DNA of 64,000 bases, taken from positions 124,001-188,000 of the IMG/VR virus record IMGVR_UViG_3300030202_003189; one strand, given 5' to 3'. Below, in pieces: positions 30,155 to 40,100 of this stretch. Within the stretch, counting starts at the first letter, position 1; every line of letters starts with the position of its first letter. The position numbers and the translations under genes were made by a program. The notes under the pieces are model-generated. The model saw nothing but the letters and a program-made list of their open reading frames with translations, did not search any database and was not told the origin of the DNA.

Positions 30155-30350
30155 TGAACTACACTATAGAGAATTTATTAAACCTAAATTACAACCCCAA
30201 GACTTTTATTGGGATGGTGGTAATATGGTAATGACAGAAGAGTATCATAAAAAAAGAGGGAGTTGTTGTGGTAGTGGGTGTAAACACTGTCCTTTTTGGC
30301 CACAATACATTAAAATGAATAAAGAGTTAAAAGAAGATGTTAAAGTATAA
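30129..30350 (+). CDS. DUF5522-like Cys-rich small protein
   Basis: V.TE.YH.KRG.CCGSGCKHCPF motif. Confidence 0.75.
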   Translation: MTRRDDWISELHYREFIKPKLQPQDFYWDGGNMVMTEEYHKKRGSCCGSGCKHCPFWPQYIKMNKELKEDVKV

Positions 30351-30373
30351 GGTCTTACAAATTAAAACCATCG

Positions 30374-30381
30374 ATATTTAT
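30374..30381 (+). promoter_or_regulatory. ATATTTAT motif (candidate phage promoter)
   Basis: 15 nt upstream of gp25-like ATG, at the replication-to-structural boundary. Confidence 0.55.
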
Positions 30382-30396
30382 AATAAAGAATTATAA

Positions 30397-30777
30397 ATGG
30401 CGGTAAAAACAATTAATATAGGGTTTCCTTTCGAAACCTCACCTATTGGGAATTTTTTGAGGTTAAATAGAACATCAAAAGATGCGATAAAGTCTGATAT
30501 TACCCACCTTCTAATGACAAGAAAAGGGGAGAGACTTTACAATAATGAGTTTGGTTCGGGTTTATATACTTTTTTATTCGAACAAATTGACGAAAAAACA
30601 GTAACTGATATTAAATTAGAACTAACAGAAAGTATTGCTAAGTATATGCCTAATGTGACAATAGACGACTTAATAGTAGAGTCGGATCCTGATAATAATC
30701 ACATTAAAATTAACTTAGAATATACAATAACTAACACATCATTTGATGAGAGTGATGCAATTGAAATTATTTTATAA
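30397..30777 (+). CDS. Baseplate wedge / sheath initiator (T4 gp25-like, GPW_gp25)
   Basis: I.FPF, IKSDI..LLMT.KGER...EFGS.L..FLFEQ, I.KYMP.V.I. Confidence 0.92.
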   Translation: MAVKTINIGFPFETSPIGNFLRLNRTSKDAIKSDITHLLMTRKGERLYNNEFGSGLYTFLFEQIDEKTVTDIKLELTESIAKYMPNVTIDDLIVESDPDNNHIKINLEYTITNTSFDESDAIEIIL

Positions 30778-30779
30778 AA

Positions 30780-32588
30780 ATGGCTAATCAAGGAATTAAC
30801 TATAATGCACGTAATTTTGTAGAGGTAAGGTCGGAATTAATAAATTTTGTTAAACAATATTATCCTGATTTATTTAGTGATTTTAATGACGCTTCTGTGG
30901 GACAAATGTTATTGGAGCTTAACGCAGCGGTTGCTGACATGTTATCCTATAATACCGATAGAACATTTCAAGAAACACAGATAGACTATGCTCAGGAAAG
31001 AGCTTCCATATTAGCAATGGGACGTACTTTAGGATTAAATGTACCAGGAGTAAGACCTAGTATGTGTTTAGTAGATTTCACGGTAATTGTTCCCCCAAAA
31101 GGAGATAGTTTCGATATTAATTACGCACCTATGTTAAAATATGGATCTCAAGTAGAAGGGGCGGGACAAATATTCCAAGTAGATGAGGATGTTAACTTTG
31201 CATCCCCACTTTCATCAGGAGGAGTACCAAACAGATTGGTATTACCTAATAAAGACAGTAATGGTGTAATAGTATCTTATAGTATTGTTAAGAGAGAGGC
31301 GGTAATAAATGGTAGGAGTAAGGTATTAAAAAGAAATGTTAGACCTGAGGATATAAAACCATTTATGGAGATAATACTACCAGAGACTAATGTTACTAGT
31401 ATAGAACAAGTTAAACTAGTTGATGGATTAGACGCTGTGGAACCATCCTTATCTGACTTCCTAAAGTTTGAAAATAGTTTTTATGAGGTAGACTCTTTGG
31501 CCGAATCACAAGTTTTTATGGAAGATAAAAATAGACAGAGTGATAACGGGGCAATAATTCCTGGTAAATGGGTTAGTGTAGATAAGAGATTTGTAAAAGA
31601 TTACACGGATAAAGGATTTTGTAGATTAACTTTTGGTAGTGGTACACCAAACGCGCAACCTCTCGTAGACTATATTAATAATAATTCATTAAGTCAGATA
31701 GATAATGTACTTAACAATAAGAGTCTAGGAGAATTACCTAAGGCGAATTCAACACTGTTTATTAGATATAATGTAGGTGGAGGGGAATCCTCTAACGTTG
31801 GACCAAATGTGTTGCAGAATAAAGGGGTGATATATATGATAACACAAGGTAGTTCAGCTGCCAATAATGAAGTGGTAGAACTATCCTTAAAGTGTACTAA
31901 CCCTACTCCAGCTATTGGAGGTGCGGATACCCCATCAATAGATGAACTAAGACACTTAATAAAATATAATTTCGCAAGTCAAAATAGAGCGGTAACAGTA
32001 AGGGATTATTATACTCTCATCACAAAAATGAGTAGTAAATTTGGTGTTCCATATAAAAGCGCAATAGCCGAAACACAAAATAAAATTGAAGTATCAACAC
32101 TGAGTCTGGATAGTAATAGAAAGTTAACAGCAATATCGACAGATACACTTAATGATAATATGTCAAGATACCTGGCAAACTATAGAATGATAAATGATTA
32201 TATAACCGTAACGTCAGGAAAAATAATAAATATATCTATGGAGGTTTATTGTTATATTGATAAAAACTTTAATAAGTCATTAGTTATTTCTCAAATGATT
32301 AATACTGTTAGTACCTATCTGAGTGTAACCACCCAAACGATGGGTCAGAATATCTATTTATCTGACCTTACAAGAGAGTTAAATAATATTGATGGTGTTC
32401 TAAATATAGTAGAGTTTAAGGTTTATAATAAAATTGGTGGTAAATACTCTCTTAATATAACACCACAAGAACTAGACCCAACAACAAATGAAATATCAAT
32501 CAAAGAAAGTCTTACGTTATTCGGGAACTTTAACACCATGTATGAGATAAAATACCCAACCACTGACATTCAAGTATTCGCAAAGTAA
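30780..32588 (+). CDS. Baseplate wedge protein (T4 gp6 / baseplate J-like)
   Basis: Y.ARNF...R.EL, DFNDASVG.MLLE, A.ER.S, L.FG.G, Y.VGGG..SNV, NP.PA.GG.D, QNRAVT..DY. Confidence 0.9.
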   Translation: MANQGINYNARNFVEVRSELINFVKQYYPDLFSDFNDASVGQMLLELNAAVADMLSYNTDRTFQETQIDYAQERASILAMGRTLGLNVPGVRPSMCLVDFTVIVPPKGDSFDINYAPMLKYGSQVEGAGQIFQVDEDVNFASPLSSGGVPNRLVLPNKDSNGVIVSYSIVKREAVINGRSKVLKRNVRPEDIKPFMEIILPETNVTSIEQVKLVDGLDAVEPSLSDFLKFENSFYEVDSLAESQVFMEDKNRQSDNGAIIPGKWVSVDKRFVKDYTDKGFCRLTFGSGTPNAQPLVDYINNNSLSQIDNVLNNKSLGELPKANSTLFIRYNVGGGESSNVGPNVLQNKGVIYMITQGSSAANNEVVELSLKCTNPTPAIGGADTPSIDELRHLIKYNFASQNRAVTVRDYYTLITKMSSKFGVPYKSAIAETQNKIEVSTLSLDSNRKLTAISTDTLNDNMSRYLANYRMINDYITVTSGKIINISMEVYCYIDKNFNKSLVISQMINTVSTYLSVTTQTMGQNIYLSDLTRELNNIDGVLNIVEFKVYNKIGGKYSLNITPQELDPTTNEISIKESLTLFGNFNTMYEIKYPTTDIQVFAK

Positions 32589-32622
32589 ACTCGTTTACTT
32601 TCTGCAAATTATTAATAAAATA

Positions 32623-32630
32623 ATATTTAT
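32623..32630 (+). promoter_or_regulatory. ATATTTAT motif (candidate phage promoter)
   Basis: 26 nt upstream of ATG 32657. Confidence 0.5.
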
Positions 32631-32656
32631 TAATAAATAAACTAAGAAGTAAACTT

Positions 32657-35600
32657 ATGGGGGACAATCGAACAATACATTTAGCAACAAAAGAAGGCAC
32701 ACAAAGCGTTAATATAGACCTAGAACAAGATTTTGATTTCCTAGAGGTATTGAGTCTTCGTATAACACAACAAGAGGCTTATAGAATCTTCTGTGCGAAC
32801 TATGGAGTCTTAGTTGGTAAGGTAAAGGCAAACGGAGGTTATCCTATTAAGAACGCAAAACTATCTATTTTTATTCCATTAGACAATGTAGACGCAGGAA
32901 ATTCAGTAATAAGAAATATCTACCCTTTTGAGACACCTACAGACACACTACCATCAGGACAAAGATATAATTTATTACCCAGAGATAAGCAATTAGCGAC
33001 TCCGGCTGATCATACCCCTGTAGGGACGTTCCCATCCAAATATGACATAATGGTTAATGAAACATTATTATATGTTCATGAGAAGTACTATAAGTACACA
33101 ACCACCACCAATGAGAATGGAGATTATATGTTTTTTGGATTACCTATTGGAACCCAAATAGTTCACATGGATGTTGACTTAAGTGATATAGGAAATAATT
33201 CTGTAACACCAGCGGATTTAATGAATTTAGGGTATTCTGAGGCCCTATTTGAATCCGATGCTAAATTTAAGAGATCAAATGACTTAGACCAATTAGCTCA
33301 GATAGTTGGAATAAATAAAACAGTATATATTAGACCTTTTTGGGGTGATGTGGATGAATGTGAATATGGTATAACAAGGGCTGATTTTGATACCGCAAGG
33401 TTTGTTTTCCCTAAGGGTTATCTAATAGGAAGTGTATATACCGATGGACCAGCGGAGGATAATAACTCTTTTGTTCCTAAATCATGTTGGCAAGAAAGTT
33501 CAACCTCAGCTTCATCTGGAGTAGGACTTAGGGGAGGGGTTTCGCGAATCGTTAGAGCCGATAGTCTAAGAACACCAGAGGAGGTTGCTAGTGCTGGAGA
33601 GAAATATGGAAAAGTTGGAGTAGTAGAAGCTTGTAGATTAACATCAGACGGCACAACTGAATATGTTGGTAAATGGAATACAAAACCAGATGGGTCGTTC
33701 ATGATTCCCTTACCCTTAAATTTAGGAAAAAAGATTTGGGATGAAGATTCACAATCTTGGGTAGATAATGAGGATGAAGGGTTTGCCACTTTTGCAGATT
33801 ATAGATTTAAGATCTATTGGGAAGGTCAAGGGGATGGTAGTAATGAACAAAACGTGGAGAATTACTACGATAATACCATCAACACAACCCAGCTCATTTT
33901 AGGATCTGAGGGAGAAGGAGTACTACGTAGTCCAAAGTATTCTCAATCAGGAGAAGAATACGGCGACTCCTACTCTTCAATATCAAACCTTACGGGAAAT
34001 CTTTGGTACGGTACTTTTTATAATAATTCTAATAGAGATAGTGCAAAACTTAATAGAGGAGTATTATTTTTACCAAATCCATATGTTGATTTAGGTACCT
34101 CAGGAAGTGAGGAGGCTAATAGTTATACCTTCTTTGCAGAACCAGATACATTAAATGCTAGTTCAGCACCATTTAATATGAAGGATCAATTCGGTAATCA
34201 ACTAGGAAGATGGTCAAATTACACAAGAATTAGACTAAGTTCCTATTATACGGTTGCACAGTATTTTAATTATGTAAGTGATTATGATGTTGCAGTACCA
34301 GGTAGAAAACCTGAAGGTTGTTTTAGTGAAGGAATACTCGGGGCTTGGTATAATGGACCCGGAGATTCAGTTTACTCCACTCCAAATAAACCAAGTGTAT
34401 ATGATGACAATGGTCCTGATTGGAATACTCAAAGTGTAGGAACTAACCCTTGGATAATTTCAAGAAGTTGGGTTGATTCAGACGAAGAAATAAGACAATT
34501 CCCAGTTAATTATATTTTTAACAAATATAAAAGAAAAGATCCAAGATGGCAAGGAATACACTTAGAAGGTGATGAAGTGTGGTTGAAAAATTATGGAGGG
34601 TTTATATCTAACTACACCACAGCCTCATTAAAAGTCTATGCGGCTTTTAATATGGGGGCGTCGGCTGGGTTTAATGAACAAACAACCTCTAACTCCGCAG
34701 GATGTCATTTGGAACATATAATTGGAAATGGTGGTGGATTTAGAGGTAATCACAGAGCGGCTGCTCAGTATTGTGATACACAAGGAGATTGTTGTAACCC
34801 ACCCCAACTATTATATTGTACAACCAGTGCTTGTGATTGTACTAACGTATGTACTGGAACGTATGCAGGTAGCTCACTATTTTGTCAGGATGGCGATTGT
34901 TTTGGTAAGACGGACGGAACCAACGGAGTTATAGACGGATACTGGTTTACCACTGCTAGGAATTTCTACCATTTTGATATGGATGGGGCTTCAGGGAACG
35001 GAAACGATTTAATTTTTAACACTACAATAGATGAATGGGAATCCACCAATCATTTGGATGGTTGTAAAGGATGTATGGATTTGGATACAGTATATGAAGA
35101 TATGGCGAACTGGTCAATGACAGGAAGAGGAGGGTCTATATTTAACGAGGATGCTACTCCTTATTCGTGGGTTATGCCACCAGGTCAAACCCCATTATAT
35201 GACCCAAACCAAGGGGTTGATATATCGGGAACACTAACATATGGTAATATGAGAGATACTCCATCACCCCTAGCAAAGGGGTCAAATAAAGTTACAATGG
35301 TAGGTGATGGTGTAACTGAGAATACAGGTATTATGGGGAATACTATATGTGGCGGGTTTCTTGCTCCAGTATGGGGACAATACGCTGTCAGAGCACGTAT
35401 ACCTTACGGAGGAGCTGACTCTTGTTTCGCCGGTGTAGTTGGTATACACTATTGTGATACAACGAGAAAAAATTGTGACCTTAACGCCAATTGGAGCTAT
35501 TCTGCGGCGACCTCACAATTTTTTAATACAGGATATGATAAACAATCTGTATCCTTTGCCGGATTCGCAGGTAATGATGATTATACAAGATCACTGGACT

Positions 35601-37183
35601 ACTCATCTAACTATTGTCCAAGTTTTATCACCGGCCAACCAGCCCTAGTGGATAGTCACTGTAGTGCACTAGAGAAAAATGTAAGAGTTTGTGGGGATGG
35701 ACATGATAAGGATTGTGGAGCTCTGGGAGCTTACCACCAAAAAGGGGGTGGAGGATTCGTCAGTTGGGAATTACGTCTAAAGGAAGGTATGGCCGTTAGA
35801 TTAGGGGTACAACCGGTTGCTGCTAATAGTTGGGATAGTATTCCGGCATGGTGTGATCCCGGTATTACTTGTAATCACAATGGAACTACTGATGGTGGGA
35901 ATTTAGCAATCCCATCATTGGCACATGACCAAAATCTCTGTGATAATGGGTTTGGGTGTGGTTATGTCTACCTTAATATGTCGATTAGTCATTATGTGAA
36001 TCCTAGAGAAAGTGAACTCGTAGAGAATTACCAAAGAACAATAGGAGAACCAATACACGGTTCCTTATATTTTCCACAATACTATGTGGGTACTAACGAT
36101 GATGAATGTTGTTCAAGATCCAATGGTGACTTTGAGGGATGGAGTCATAATGCACCAGAAGAAAGACATAAAGTGGATGTATGGGAAAACTTTTCATTAT
36201 TATATGCTGGTAGTTTTATGGAGGTTAATGGGACTCTTAATTTTGAAAATTATACAACAGGACAAGGGGATGTGTTAGGGGGATCACCAGTGAGGAACGG
36301 TAAATATTATAACACTAGAACAATAGGAAATACAGATATTATTGAGATAACTAAAGAGAAACCTAATTTTAGACTGGGGCCAAACCAATGGGCTAGTATA
36401 GACATGAACTTACCTAATACATCAGTTAATTTAAGTTCTGATTATAATTATTCTCTAATATTAGATAAAAGTGATTATGGCCCTTTCTTCACCAATCAAG
36501 ACACTCAAAATTGGCCATTAACATACGGTGGAGGTATGGAAGAACTACAGAATAAGAATTTTGCACCATACGACTGGTTAGATTTTAGATTATCACAACA
36601 ATATCCTCCACAATTTGATACTAATGAGATAATGCAAAACGGTATTGGTGCTCAAGGAGATATTCCAGTTAATTGGGATTGGATGAATGGTGGTAATTGG
36701 GGGGCATCAACCTCCTCATTGGTTTATCCAGTACAATTTCCTTATTATGCTACCGCTGGTAATCTTGTTGAGTCTAACTATAATGTTTTCAGATACGACG
36801 TCCAAGGATTTTCTCAAGGGGGTGTTGTATTTCCTGGGGTATATCCTAGGTGGTACAATTGGTTAAGACCAATGCCAGAGAGTTGGTATTCTACTAATAC
36901 TTTTTGGTGGAAAGACATCTACGCCCTATCAACCGAATATAAAGAGTTAGATGGTGAAACTCCAGGAGCTTATAGTCCAACAACGCCATGGTCAGCAGGT
37001 GAAACTTATAATAATGACTGGGGTACTCAGAAGACACAAGAAGTTGGTAGATCAGGATGGAGTGCAACTAATCTAAATGCTTATCCTATTCGAAAATATT
37101 ATTATTTCGGTCTTAGGAAAAATAGATGGACATCTTTAGATGAATTAAAAGATGTATTAGGAAACGTACAAATGGATTATTAA
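32657..37183 (+). CDS. Large baseplate/tail structural protein with Cys/Trp-rich insertions
   Basis: Globular-looking N-terminus (LEQDFDFLEVLSL, YGV..G.V, KYYKYTT.TN..GDYM.FG.P.G, PFWG, GITRADF) and terminal YYYFGL; Cys-rich centre. Confidence 0.65.
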   Translation: MGDNRTIHLATKEGTQSVNIDLEQDFDFLEVLSLRITQQEAYRIFCANYGVLVGKVKANGGYPIKNAKLSIFIPLDNVDAGNSVIRNIYPFETPTDTLPSGQRYNLLPRDKQLATPADHTPVGTFPSKYDIMVNETLLYVHEKYYKYTTTTNENGDYMFFGLPIGTQIVHMDVDLSDIGNNSVTPADLMNLGYSEALFESDAKFKRSNDLDQLAQIVGINKTVYIRPFWGDVDECEYGITRADFDTARFVFPKGYLIGSVYTDGPAEDNNSFVPKSCWQESSTSASSGVGLRGGVSRIVRADSLRTPEEVASAGEKYGKVGVVEACRLTSDGTTEYVGKWNTKPDGSFMIPLPLNLGKKIWDEDSQSWVDNEDEGFATFADYRFKIYWEGQGDGSNEQNVENYYDNTINTTQLILGSEGEGVLRSPKYSQSGEEYGDSYSSISNLTGNLWYGTFYNNSNRDSAKLNRGVLFLPNPYVDLGTSGSEEANSYTFFAEPDTLNASSAPFNMKDQFGNQLGRWSNYTRIRLSSYYTVAQYFNYVSDYDVAVPGRKPEGCFSEGILGAWYNGPGDSVYSTPNKPSVYDDNGPDWNTQSVGTNPWIISRSWVDSDEEIRQFPVNYIFNKYKRKDPRWQGIHLEGDEVWLKNYGGFISNYTTASLKVYAAFNMGASAGFNEQTTSNSAGCHLEHIIGNGGGFRGNHRAAAQYCDTQGDCCNPPQLLYCTTSACDCTNVCTGTYAGSSLFCQDGDCFGKTDGTNGVIDGYWFTTARNFYHFDMDGASGNGNDLIFNTTIDEWESTNHLDGCKGCMDLDTVYEDMANWSMTGRGGSIFNEDATPYSWVMPPGQTPLYDPNQGVDISGTLTYGNMRDTPSPLAKGSNKVTMVGDGVTENTGIMGNTICGGFLAPVWGQYAVRARIPYGGADSCFAGVVGIHYCDTTRKNCDLNANWSYSAATSQFFNTGYDKQSVSFAGFAGNDDYTRSLDYSSNYCPSFITGQPALVDSHCSALEKNVRVCGDGHDKDCGALGAYHQKGGGGFVSWELRLKEGMAVRLGVQPVAANSWDSIPAWCDPGITCNHNGTTDGGNLAIPSLAHDQNLCDNGFGCGYVYLNMSISHYVNPRESELVENYQRTIGEPIHGSLYFPQYYVGTNDDECCSRSNGDFEGWSHNAPEERHKVDVWENFSLLYAGSFMEVNGTLNFENYTTGQGDVLGGSPVRNGKYYNTRTIGNTDIIEITKEKPNFRLGPNQWASIDMNLPNTSVNLSSDYNYSLILDKSDYGPFFTNQDTQNWPLTYGGGMEELQNKNFAPYDWLDFRLSQQYPPQFDTNEIMQNGIGAQGDIPVNWDWMNGGNWGASTSSLVYPVQFPYYATAGNLVESNYNVFRYDVQGFSQGGVVFPGVYPRWYNWLRPMPESWYSTNTFWWKDIYALSTEYKELDGETPGAYSPTTPWSAGETYNNDWGTQKTQEVGRSGWSATNLNAYPIRKYYYFGLRKNRWTSLDELKDVLGNVQMDY

Positions 37184-40100
37184 TGGAAAGAAAAAAGACA
37201 ATAAGAACACAAGATAAAAGAGCCGGAGCTAAAGGAATAGGCTATAGTGAGACTGTTGGTTTTACTAACACAAATAAACCTTTACCAACGGGAGAGGTTA
37301 TTAAAATAGTTAGTCAATCAGAACAGTTTTTTACTGAAAGAAAAGAATCAAAATTATATCGACTAACCGCTACTCTCACACCATTAGTTTATCTACCACA
37401 ACAATATTATTGGATAGGTGCTAACTTAGCACCAAATGGTGAATTAGCAATCGTAGATTCGACATCACAAACAAGTGTATATGAAACATTAAATTATTCA
37501 TTACCTAATATTCTCACACCATCCTTTGCCGGTGGTAACCCAACAGAATATAATTTTGATTTAGATAATACTAGTAATTGGGTAGGACATATTTTATACC
37601 CTTATGAAAATGAATATCTAAAACTATATACAATACCAGAGTTTACTGCCAGTCTTATGTTTATTCCAGATATTAACGATGCAAGATATGGGATTAATAC
37701 TGGAATAAATGATTTAGTATATTATGATATAGTGAACTATTTAGAGAGTGATTTAGATGGATTAACAATATCAGAATGGTTTAACGGAGTTGACCATATC
37801 TTAGAAGAACCACTATGGGTAGATAATAGTGGGGCGGTTGTACCAGTCACCGATGAAAATGCTACTACACTAACTTTCCCAGAACTAAAAATAAGTAATC
37901 AAGAGTATAAAGGGTACACACAAGATGGAGTTCCTTTTCTTTTTAGTGTTCCGGTAAAAACAGAACAGGGATGGTATACCGCATTATATACACCATTTGA
38001 ACATAATTTCGAGGAAGGTGACTATATCTTTGTTAAACCATTGGTTACAATTGGATATGTAACACTAAACGGTAAATATGACACTTGTGACCCTAGTTTA
38101 TATGGATTTAAGAGAGTAATTGGTGCATCATGGGATGTGGTAGGAGATAAATACTCGAGACACTATGTTATTATTGAACATAAGACTAAAAAACATTGGG
38201 ATTGGGTAACAGCTGGTGGTGGAACAAACACAGCTGGAGAAAACTATACATGGAGCGTTGAAAGCTCACAAGGGTTTATAAAGAAGGTGTCAAACTACTC
38301 ACCAGAACTTATCCAATCAATAAGTGTTGAATTTATAAATCTTTCTCATTTTACTCTAATTCCTACTCAACCAGATACCATTCTGGTTACCCTAGGTGTG
38401 TTAGAAACTGGATTAAGAGTTGATGATAAAGTGTTAATAACCATATCTGAAGATGCTTATGGTACAGAATTTTATGAAGAAAGAAGACCATCGTTATTTA
38501 ATTTAAGTGGAATATATACTGTTGCGAGTATTGAAAGTTTATTCTCTTTTACAATACGTGCAAGAGAAATTCAGGATAATATACCATTTTTTGATCAAAC
38601 TCTAAATCAGTTGGTATTTGGTGGAACAAACTATCGTGTTGAGGTATCAAGGATAGGGTCGACACCATCAGAATATTACCTAAGAAAAGGAAAAATTATA
38701 ACAAGTATTAATAATTTTGAGATTAATAAATTACCTTTTAGTAATAGTATATATAGTGATCCTAATTATAATGTTGTTGTAGATGAGGATATTGATATCT
38801 CTAAAATAAAAGATAACTACGGAAAACCAATCTCTGAGTTATTCTTAATGTTAACTAAGAGAGCGGGGCAGAAAACATACGATTTTACTGATGTAGAATG
38901 TTTCTTTTCTTGGATGTTTAACTACTCCTCTATATTAGTAAAAACAGGTGATGGGTTAGATATAGTATCAAAAAGAAGTGCTGATAGTAAACTTAGTGGA
39001 CATGTAAAGAACGTAAGCGGTGGTTTTATGAGTGAATATAATGATTATTTAGGTGATTGGTATTATATGGATTTTGTGGAATATAACAATACTCAACTCA
39101 CTGAAACTAGAATAGAGAGATTAAAAAATAGATTTAATACAATAGGACGGGAATGTCCAGATAATAAATGTGATGAAGTTTTAATTGACGGATCAAATGG
39201 ATTTGAGATAAATATATGGGACGTTTACAATAGTTACAATGTGGGGAGTCTAACTTTAACAGATGGGGGTTCTAGTATTGGAGGAATACTAAGCTCAAGT
39301 AGTGCAGGTCTCGGACAATCACAACCAGCAGATGGTAATTACATATATACTACAGTTTTTATCACTCCAGAATTATGTAATTTACCAGATGAGGGGTTAT
39401 TATTGGAATTTGATTTTACACAGGTCACAACCACAGGGGTGGTTAGAATCCTAGGACCATCTGGGAATGAAGAGACTTTAGGGAATGGTTCTTCGGCTCT
39501 GTTTGTTGGAACTGCCGCTGATGTAAATGGAGTTGCTCAAACAATAAACTACTCACTAACATTCAACCCAGCCACTTCTGGAGTTTATAGAATATTATTA
39601 GGTATAGTTAATTTTGAAGGAAGTTATGATGCTAATACGGGGGGTACGTTTTCTCCACCATATGAGGCTTACTTCAATAATGTTACCTTAATGAGGTATT
39701 TTGGTACACCAAAATATGGTGGATGGGTATACGATCCTCTTGCGGATTACCAGATAAAAAGATGGTCAAGTTATATAGAAACTGCTGACCCTTCAGTTCT
39801 AGGTATTCCTTATTGGGCTCAAGATGTGGATGGACTAATGGTTTGGAGAGAATTACTAGATATTGGTTATTTTGAAGATGTGGAACAGACCTTAGGGGTA
39901 GATTACCCTTTCCTAAACGGAAAACACTATATTAATATAGATAAAACAATTGCTGTGGGTATAACACCGTCCAAACTTGGAGAAAATAGTTCTTCTTACT
40001 CTACTGTAATATATGGATGTATGGATGATGTGGCTGCCAATTATAACCCTTTTGCAACATATCCTTGTGCCAGTAATATAGTGCAAGGCGGACCATGTGT

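Noticed and set aside
1-32588. Bacterial contractile injection system (eCIS/tailocin)
   Set aside because: Phage replication genes are interleaved, there are no host housekeeping genes, and the dense single-strand layout fits a lytic myovirus.
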